From contig BFEA01000001.1 of the NCBI GenBank assembly GCA_003427395.1, positions 5,869,948 through 5,933,947 of the forward strand: DNA of 64,000 bases, in the 5' to 3' direction. Below the pieces are notes generated by a model. The model saw only the letters and a program-made list of their open reading frames with translations. It was not told the origin of the DNA and ran no database searches. Shown piece by piece: positions 54,709 to 64,000 of this stretch. Origin of the DNA: Chara braunii. Its lineage: Eukaryota; Plantae; Charophyceae. Every line of letters begins with the position of its first letter. Positions within the stretch are counted from its first letter, which is position 1. The position numbers were made by a program, and so were the translations under genes.

Positions 54709-55258
54709 TAAACATTGTGAGGGTGGGGTACCTGATAACCGGGTTGGTAAGAGCATAGCCCGTTATTAGGATCCGTGGACAGCAGCCCTGAAGGAAAGTC
54801 AGTGCTCCAGGCTAGGAAATGATAAGGCCACAGTCCCAACAAATGTTGTGCTGAGATGATGCATCTAAGGGATGCTGGACCCGGTTTCCAGCAGGAGACG
54901 CTCCCCACCAATAGATGGAGCAGCCCGACTGGCAAAGCCTCAATTCCGGTGGTTCTCTTACCACCACCGGGATAGAGGCCTTGCACAACGGCCCCCCCTT
55001 TTTTTTTTCTTAAACAAAGATCCGCGGATTGATGGCTCCATTCTATTTGTGGGAAGCTGCACCTGCTGGAAACCGGGTCCAGCGTCCCTGAAACAGTGAT
55101 TAGCAGAGAACATAACCAGTTGGCCATCCACATTCTTTTTTTCTTTTTCTTTTTTCTTTTTTTAATCCATCCACATTCAACTCTATTGCAGAAAGGAGTC
55201 TGGCATTAGAAAAAAAACAGACTAAAATCTAAGATGAGCCTCTCCTACTGGACAATAA
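54675..55258 (-). mobile_element. Poly(A)-tailed retroposed segment with a 16-19-bp TSD
   Basis: CCAACTTGGTAATTGC(TTT) at 54659 and 55259; a long poly-T directly follows the left copy. Confidence 0.8.
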
Positions 55259-55980
55259 CCAACTTGGTAATTGCTTTGAAGTCATGAACACTACACCTCA
55301 GCTTATGTCTCCTGGACTCGACCACGTTTGGAGAACTTCAGACCGAGCTGGGGGGTTGCCACATGAGCATTCAAGCACAATAGAAAGCAGTTATGTTCAG
55401 GAGGAAGTCATTGAGCAGGGCTGACCCAAGTGCCCGGTACCTGGATTGAAAAAAAAAAAAAAAAAAAAACTTTAAAAAAGAACAAATCAATGTTGGACGA
55501 AGATCTTTCCGACCACTTCTGCTGCTAAGACCACGTGACGTTCCTGGGCGTGTGCATCGACCCCATTGGGCATATATTGATGAGGGTAAGGACTCCAAAG
55601 AGTCATTTCCAGTAGAGACCCACGTGGTTGCAAACCCCTGTGCATGGGGTCCACCGTCCACCACCAAGTCGCACAGAAGGCGTGGAGTGTATGGACATGG
55701 AAACATGGGGTCTTCCCCCCTTTCAGCACACAAACTGTGTTTATCAGGGCTCGCATGAAACAATAATCGGGCCTGGAATACCTGGCTGAAGTCAGTAGTT
55801 CTGATGGTGTACCATCCCCTCTGTATGCTCATCTGTCACAGGCCTGGGCCAGCATGTCATCTCTAACAGTGTATGTCTCGCAATCCTTTCGAAAACTCTT
55901 ATCATGTCCGGTCCGTGATCATCTGTGGACTTCATTCAGCTTCCCGCTGGAAAGTCATTCTGGTTCTGCAAAACTCCCAT

Positions 55981-56023
<43 letters not shown>

Positions 56024-56262
56024 TACCTTTCTGAGGCTTTCTCATCATCTATGGGGCTGTGGGCCTCAGAATTCAAATTCCGAGGCTGGGTGCCGCCCAC
56101 AAAAAATATCAACGGTGTCCCTCTGGCCATTTTTTTGGAGTCGCTTACTTTTACTACTTAGCATCCCAGCCTGAAAGGTAGTGGTGGTTTGAATGGCGCC
56201 AGTCTTGAGATATATCCACAGGTGACTGGTCCCAGGTAATTCGAGATGATTGTGGAAGTTAT

Positions 56263-56440
56263 TATTGTAGATTCTTTGCCATGATCATGAATTATCGGAC
56301 TTCCTTATGGAGCTTGTGTTGTGACAGCTATGTTGAGGGTCTCAACCCTGCCTGCCGGACAGTATCAACCCTGCCTGCCTTAAAAACGAGCTCCATAAGG
56401 AAGTCCAATAAGTCATGATCATGGCAAAGAATCTACAATA
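56263..56440. repeat. Inverted repeat with 52-bp arms (50/52 identical) and a 74-bp spacer
   Basis: TATTGTAGATTCTTTGCCATGATCATGA..GGAGCT / AGCTCC..TCATGATCATGGCAAAGAATCTACAATA. Confidence 0.9.
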
Positions 56441-57504
56441 GAGCCATGAATAAGCCCCTCTGGAAGTATCGTGAAATTGAGGGTCTCAACCCCGCCTGCC
56501 TGACAGGCATCACTTTTTTTTTTTTTTTTTTTTTCCTGGGAACAATGCTCCAATCTATTCGTGGGGAGCCGCACGTGCTGGCATCGTAATTGATCCATGA
56601 ATGTGTCAGCTATGACAGGCACCGTAATTGAGCCATGAATGTGTCAGCTATGATGGTACTGACTGAGAGCTCAGCCTGATTGGGTGTGTCCCGACCGGCC
56701 GCAGCAGGAGCTGAGCAGGCAGGTGAGCAGCCAGTTCCACCTGGCCTGATGGCCCTGCATTGTCTCGGATTACAGGGGAGCACAACTTGCCCTGGCGAGT
56801 AACCAGTGTTGACTGGCCGTGGCCACCCGTCCTCCTCAGGCCACTGAAAGTGACGGCAATGGAAATAGAACCCAGCACCTATGCAGTGCCGCTCAGGCAT
56901 GCAAATCTACTGACCTAGCTGACGAGACACCCCAGTTCACTTGTGATGTCCAAAAAGGCTGCTCTCTTGAGGTGGGTGAAGCTGCATGAATTCCCACCGT
57001 TTCGTTTCCCAACTGATAATGAAGGATGGTGAATTCTGGGTGACCAACCCGGCCGCCGGCATGACATTGGTAGCCTGGGGCCCCCAGTGGGGCAAAGGCC
57101 AGGAAGTGTCTCTCCCCCCGCAAAAAAAAACTGGAAAGGAACTGTGTTATGGAGAATGATAAATCAAACAAGTTGTTTTTGGGGAAACTGCTCCTTAGTC
57201 ACCTTTTCAGTTTCAAAGGAAAGAAACTGTGTTATGGAGAATGATAAATCAAACAAGTTGTTTTCGGGAAACTGCTCCTGAGTCACCTTTTCAGTTTGAA
57301 ATGGGCAAGAAAAGACAAAGTGGCACCCATGTCATCGTTTGAGTTTCAGAATGTGCGAGTTTAGCGGGGGGTTGAAACTGTCGCCATTTTTTTTTTGAAG
57401 TGGCGGAAATGCAGATTCAGCAGCGGAAGGCTAACCCGGGTCTTGCATACCCCACTCCCGCGCGGCCCGGCTGCCACCCTTGGGAAAACGGTCTTTCTCT
57501 GTTG

Positions 57505-58090
57505 GTTGCCTGGTTTTTACTAATCTCTCGTCACAGGCCACGTTGCCTGTTTTTTGCTAATCAAAATCTCTAGCCGCAGCCCGCATTGCCTGTTTTTTGC
57601 TAATCTCTCGTCACGGCCTGCATTCCCTGTTTTTTGCTAATCTCTCGCCGGGGGCCGCATTGCCTGTTTTTTGCTAATCAAAATCTCTTGCCGCGGGCTG
57701 CATTGTCTGTCTTGTGCTAATCAAAATCTCTCGCCACGGGCCGCATTGCCTGTTTTTTGGTAATCAAAATCTCTCGCCACGGACCGCATTGCCTGTTTTG
57801 GCTAATCTCTCGCCGCGGGCCACATTGCCTTTTTTTTGCTAATCTCTCGTCCGCGGCCCGCATTGCCTGTTTTTTTTTCTAATCTCTCGCCGCGGGCCGC
57901 ATTGCTTGTTTTTCGGTAATCTCTCATCATGGGCCGCATTGCCTCTTTTTTGGTAATCTCTCGTCACGGGCCGCATTGCCTGTTTTTTGGTAATCTCTCG
58001 TCACGGGCCGCATTGCCTGCTTTTTGGTAATCTCTCGTCACGGGCCACATTGCCTGTTTTTTGGTAATCTCTCGTCACAGGCTGCATTGC
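57505..58090. repeat. Minisatellite, ~33-39-bp unit, about 16-17 copies
   Basis: GGGCCGCATTGCCTGTTTTTTG(G/C)TAATC(AAAATC)TCTCG(T/C)CAC repeated. Confidence 0.93.
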
Positions 58091-60020
58091 GACGACCTCC
58101 CGCTCTAACCCCGCCCAGACACTCAATGTGTGTGTCCAAATAATCCCATGACGTACTCGTCATGCACTCCACCAGTATGGTGGTACGCCAGGTCCGGTCA
58201 TGTCCCAATCAGGGCGTTAATTAGCCACCACACCTGATGTCCCCCTATGCAGAATTGACAAAGATGGTTGTAGTATCCATAGGAAAAAAATCCTTCATAA
58301 CATCCAAAATATACAAAGCAAGACGATCCATCCAAATAGGCAAAGTTTGCAAATATCATAAGTGAGGTGATCAGGGGTATAGCAGGATTCAAAGAAGAAG
58401 GGCACAGCAACAACCAGGAATCCAGGCCCATTCAGTGGGCGGTGCAGGCTGTTTGATGCTCCGCACAACTCCGGAGAAGGACGCGAGGGGAGAAGCAACG
58501 ATAGCTGAGGTATGAGGTAATAAGAGTTAGGGAGGGGAGATCATGAGGGATAAGGTTAAAGCCAGATAGGGCAGGGGTTGATAACGAACACGATCAAAGC
58601 CAATAGATAGTGAGAGAGAGCCCAACGTACAACAAAATAGCTTTCAAGATCGACAAACCTCCGGAGATCAACAATAGCAGCCATTACTTAATAAAGGAGA
58701 TCCACGCAGATACAATTCCAACTTAAAACAACAACAACAATAGGGGATCATAATCAGGCGACCAGTTCCAACTTCAATCCACTCCCTACATTCGGAAGCC
58801 GAGTCAGCTAGTAGTGAAGTCCAACTTGGGAGAACGTTTGGGAGCAGATACGTGGGGCCCCAGTTGTTCATGGATCAATCAAAGCCACAGGAGCTTATTA
58901 GGAGGGGTGTGGCTCCCCTAAAAGATTTTTTGCCGTTGCCACTCAACCCGCTCATTAGAGGGGTTACAATCGTGCAAGATAGGCACATCCATACACAAAC
59001 CAACACAGATGGTCATACCCCATTCATATGCAGAGAGAGGAGATCAAGGACCATATACCGCTTCCTCTGCCGCTATTTCCTCCTCAGGCTCCGACGTAAT
59101 CGACAGGTCCTCCTCCGCTCCAGTCGTGAAATCCCAGTCCACCATAGCCAAACGCCACGTTCACTTCACAGGCTCCACTTCTCAGCAATGCCGAACACCA
59201 CGTTCACTTCACAGGCTCCACTTCTCAGCAATTGCACAATCAATTTCACTTAAGCAAGTAACTTGAAGTAAGTAACTTACTCATGACTTCCATGGAAACA
59301 TAACTAGTATATATGCATAGGGTGGGAGACGAACAAAAACGAGGAGAAGGGAAAGGCAAAAGGGAAACAAAGGGGAAAAAAACAGAGAACAAGGCTGATC
59401 TGAGTAATCCCCCGCTTTGATAGCAACCGTAAGGTTGGTGCCTGATAGCTGAGTTCATCACTATCTCATGGTATTTGGACCTACCCTTGTCTAGCTACAC
59501 CCTAGATGCTACCGAAGATTCTGGGAACCACGAAAAGTGCGAGTACGAAAAGTGCAATTAATTTGGGGGGGCGCGCTCCAGTAGTACCGTCGTCCCGTAG
59601 TGCCAGGTAATCCCGAGATCCTAGTGGTGAGCAGAACCACTTCACTATCGTGATTCCTATGGGAGATACTGACGGGTGGGACCGTAGGTAAGTGCCTGAG
59701 GTGCTTCTTACCTATGAGTCGTTCGACAGGTCCCCTGTTCGAGGATCAACTTCCCGATGCTAGGTCTCAGCCGCAGAACCCCAATTACTTGGTTCGACTT
59801 AGTGTCAAAAATTCAGGCCTATTCTGTGATTCGGATACCGTCAGTACTTCGAACGCAGGCATGGTTCACGGAGCAGGGTAGGGTCCGTAGTTATGTGTAC
59901 TTATTGGGCCCTACTCACCTAGATCAAGGCGTTCGGAGGTTGCCAATCCGCCCACCGGGCTTGCTGTAGTCCCCCCCTTTTTGGGGGGGTATCGCTCCAA
60001 AAAACAAACATGTGCATGCA

Positions 60021-60080
<60 letters not shown>

Positions 60081-60288
60081 TCCGTCCCAGGCTCCCACTA
60101 CCCCTATGAGGGGTCCTGGTTGGGACAGGTACCTGTCAGGGTACCTGTCCGAGACAGGTCCCTCACAAATACCACGTCCAGTCTCCATGCTTCAGGAGGA
60201 TCTGGAGTCACATCACACACAAACATACAACACACTCAGACCACCATGCAGAGGTTAGTAGCGCATTCCATAAGAATCCCTGAGGATA

Positions 60289-62420
60289 TTAAATACTTCC
60301 TCGGTTGGGGCATCTGAAAGGTTGAAATCTCCCAGGGTTCCTAATTACCCTTCTCTCCATACCCCAACATCTTCTTCTGTTAAACCCATTCTGACACATT
60401 TTGTCCACAATTTTCTCAATGCCATGTGCAACCTTGCGGGGGTTAGATGAAATAATAAGTACCGAGGTTGTCTGTCCAAGTATGATGGACAAAGATTGTT
60501 TAATTGGCCTATTGGATCCGAATCTAATGTACTTGTTCACCCTCAGCCCAATCTCCTCCATCTTATCGAATTTCTCGGTGTTGTACAATCCATCTCTTGT
60601 TTCCACTGTTAGTTTGAGGTTAAGGAATGTGCTCGTCTTGTCCCCGATACTTTGTTCCTTGATATCAATAAACTTTGAGGGATATAACCAATTAGGGTCA
60701 TCATCACCATAGGGGCAGCCTTCCATAAGGAATTCGGGAACAGGTGTTGTTTAAAGGATTCAGATCATCCATGTATCTGAATGTGTGTGAGAACAGAGTA
60801 GCCAAGTGCTTGTTTCCCGTTTCAATCAGCCTCATCATGCATTCAAATTCATATCGGAAAAAATACAAATTACACCAGATGGGCGAGCAGGGCAACCCCA
60901 TCGGAGTACCATTCTTCTGTCTCCAGACCTTTCCCCGAAACTGAATGTAGTTCCTATCCGCCAGCCACTAGTTCATTTCAATGAGGTAATATGGTTCAAT
61001 CACTCTTTCATTGGGCTTTGTAACGTCCGATTTCGTCCATTCATATCTAATTCTGCCTTTGTCTAGTGAACTAATCTTGATGTATCTGTCCCCTTCAGTT
61101 CTCATTCTGTGTCCAAAGCCCTTCCTAATGGCAAATGAGAGAGCAAAGACCAACCCATGCTTTGAATTATCTGTAGGGATTGTCTCAAAACATCGACTAA
61201 TGTCTGCCGAAAAGATTGTGAAGACCGCATTTGGCAGATTCAAACAATACTCATTAATGGAATCAATAGGCCACAAAAGGTTCACTCAGATGTCATGCGG
61301 ATCCTTTAGTGTGTGAGACATATCAACACAATACTTCTGCACCTCCTCACTGATAATTTTCAGAGCACCGACGTGGCGACGCATAGCGTAGCAACAAGTG
61401 AAAACATGCATTGATTGGCATTAGTGATCCACCTTAGACTCTTAGAGTGGTTTTGTGGCTTTTGTAATTCGCCATTAGGTATGGATCTTATCAGGCCCCA
61501 TAGGGTAGTTCAGTACATTATCCCTTTTCATAATGTTGATCATCTCTCGTGATTCAGGTTCCAACAATTCGAAGTCAGATCCGGACAATCTTTCAAATGT
61601 TAATTGCCTAACAAGGTCCTTACACATGATTATCGGAGTATTTGCAGCTTTGTCCATGCATGCAATGAAAAAGTACTTGGTTATATACTCTACCTCATGC
61701 GAGAGATAATGCTCACCAAAGTCCAAGATCCCTGCCTCAGTATGCTTATTCTTGTACCCCACAAACCTATCAAAGCAGTGCTGCCTTATTCCCTTCCTAA
61801 CTCTACTTTTGGCACCCTCTGGAAGCTCGTACTCATGTTGTACAGTTCCAACGTATCGTCGAGTGTTCGTAGGATCTCTCTAACAACCATCTCAATATCC
61901 AGCCCAGTTATGAGAATATGATTGAGACCGTATTGCAGGATAAGCCTGAGCTGAGGTAGTCGAGAGAGAGAGTAATCCGTGGTGATTACATGAGTTCTAC
62001 GGTTCTCCCGATCTTACCTGAAACAAGCAGTTCCATAGTGGCTGGTTCAACAAATCAAGCATACCTACCGCTACAGACACAACTGCCTTTACTACTCTGC
62101 TACCGCTCAAGGTCAAAATCCCGAAACACATTCGCAGGCTTGTAAAGTACCCTGAAGACATGATCATTGTAGGACCAGCCAAAAGTAACAACCTCCATCC
62201 ACTCCGCAAAGCGCTGGCCAACAGCCAATGTCATCAAGGAGATGATCAGTGCTTTAACGGAGACGGTTTCCAATAGTCTACCGACGTATCTCATATGTAC
62301 AAATTTCCTTCGTGGCCCTTCGTCCACCCTGCACCATTTCCGCCTACCAGAGAGACTCATAATCACCTGGCCGATACACTCTTGCAGAATAAAATCATAC
62401 ACGATAGTGCCGCAACTAGG
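60289..62420 (-). mobile_element. Penelope-like retroelement RT pseudogene (Naiad/Chlamys-like, no C-terminal GIY-YIG visible)
   Basis: HVITTD, DKAANTPIIMCK, YKSHK..RWITNA, ADISRCFETIP, NYIQFRGKVWRQKNGTPMGLPCSPIWCNLY, FRYMDDL, FLNLKL; the ORF ends after the thumb region; stops and frameshifts. Confidence 0.85.
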
Positions 62421-62473
62421 TTAAGCTTAATTAGTTTATCAAGCCCATGCTAGGGGCGGCTTAGGGTAGGGGG

Positions 62474-62551
<78 letters not shown>

Positions 62552-64000
62552 GGGGGGAGGAGGAGGAGGGACACCCACGTATGTATGGCAAGGGACAAAA
62601 AGGGGTTGGGATTCCTGGCCAGCTGGGGGAGCGATCCATCCTTGATCATGCTTGCTGCGGAGGTTCTCGTTTAATCAGGATGCCTTGCTACAATGCGTTA
62701 CTACCTCCGGATGGTTCCCTGCGCCCCCTTCCTCCATCATACCACACACTTCATTGGAAATGAGGGTCGTATTGGAACCGACCAATGCCAGTGCTGCATC
62801 GGCTTGTACCCCATGTGGTCTCGGTTTTGCAATTAAGATGTCCCCTATCCTTATAACCTTCCCCCAGTAATCCGAGTCCGGACCAAACAATCCACTGAAA
62901 CCATAGAAACAATCCCCGTCGGTGTCATTACCATGGCCAAGTGTAGCAGCTATAGATGAAGTTATCTCCCCCATAGCCATGATAGCCACCCTCATCGTGG
63001 GCCAGAGTAATCCTGTCTGCTTCCCAGGGAACGCCTCATCCCCAAAAACTCCCCTTAGTTTTGTGTCACAACAGATCTTCCCATCCTCCGATCTGGTGCC
63101 GAAGCCTGCGCAACTCTCGGATAACAACCCCCTTTTACTCCACAATGAATATGATCTCAGTGATAGTCGTGATTTGCGGCTGTGCAGTCAGGACATCCGC
63201 CATCTCAAAGTTATCCATGGCTATGGCAGGTTGCGAGGTGCTCCTTTGAGCTTCCCATATCTTCGGACGGACGATCCTGATCATGGTTGGGTCAGCTGGT
63301 GGCCATGGTAGGAAAATGTCCAGATCAAGCTCCACCCAGAGTACCTCGGCCCGGGGGATGCGCCTAACAATTTTCATCGCCATTGTGCCCCGCGGGTAGA
63401 CACCAGGAAGTTCTCCTTATTTAGTTTAGCTGCCCGTAACTTATCGCTTGCTGAGGATCCCCCAAAGTTATCTTACTCAACTTGCAGTAATGCGTGAAGA
63501 TATTAGTAGTAGTTTCTAGCAACCTATGATAACTATCGTGGCAGTGTAGCACAAGGCAAGCGCGAAGAGGGTAAGGGAATGCAGAGTTCTTGTTAGTTGG
63601 AGGTTACATTTCTTCAGTTCCCCAATGATCCCAATCCTATTCCTTAATTGGCTCCTTTGCCAGTTCCATGCATCCGCGTCCGCCGAAAGGATCGCCTTGT
63701 GTGTGTGCCAGAGATTGGTAAAGTCCTCAATGACAGCGTTATGGCTGAACTTCAATCTGCACAAGATGAATCCGGTCTAGATACGCGGGGTTGAGTCAGA
63801 CTACGTAAACCCAACAACTTCATCCCTCTCTTCACGCAGAATAGTGACGATGATCTGATTGTTCATTTCGATAAGGACATCACATGCATTCTCTAACTCC
63901 CTTTCGGATGCAGCCAAGCGACGGGCATGCCTCCAAATCCTGTCTTCACAATTCTCCCAATTCCCTGCTATCTGTTTGATATCGGTGTAAAAAAAAAAAA

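Noticed and set aside
57505-58090. CRISPR-like array
   Set aside because: Eukaryotic context, no unique spacers and no cas genes; a plain minisatellite.
60079-60288. Hammerhead ribozyme in the PLE 3' region
   Set aside because: No CUGANGA/GAAA core found by eye on the element strand.
62650-63990. Minus-strand ORFs (62675-63145, 63135-63383, 63516-63764)
   Set aside because: No identifiable motifs or splice structure; probably a decayed TE but unassignable without a search.

Overview
Eukaryotic nuclear DNA with large introns and dense repeats. The plant-type U6, plastid rbcL insert and TE style point to a streptophyte, probably a charophyte alga such as Chara (inference). Bases 1-26.6 kb hold the last 13 exons (2388 nt, 795 aa + stop, all GT-AG) of a CLU/FRIENDLY clustered-mitochondria TPR gene on the + strand; its 5' part lies upstream of the window. 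Its introns carry an rbcL plastid insert, a full-length poly(A)-tailed U6 retrocopy and several TTAA-flanked and hAT-like MITEs. Bases 27-64 kb contain no recognisable host gene and form a nested TE graveyard: a 5'-truncated L1/Tx1-like LINE, an older LINE ORF2 split by three insertions (one a 6.2-kb PIF/Harbinger element with transposase and Myb/SANT pseudogenes), a Tourist-like MITE with its empty site visible in the window, a candidate LINE 3' transduction, and a decayed Penelope-like RT. The most notable signal is a ~53-nt module seen 8 times at retroposon 3' ends. It folds as a hairpin plus an H-type pseudoknot with apparent covariation, and four copies add a third hairpin with a conserved CUCUUAY loop.
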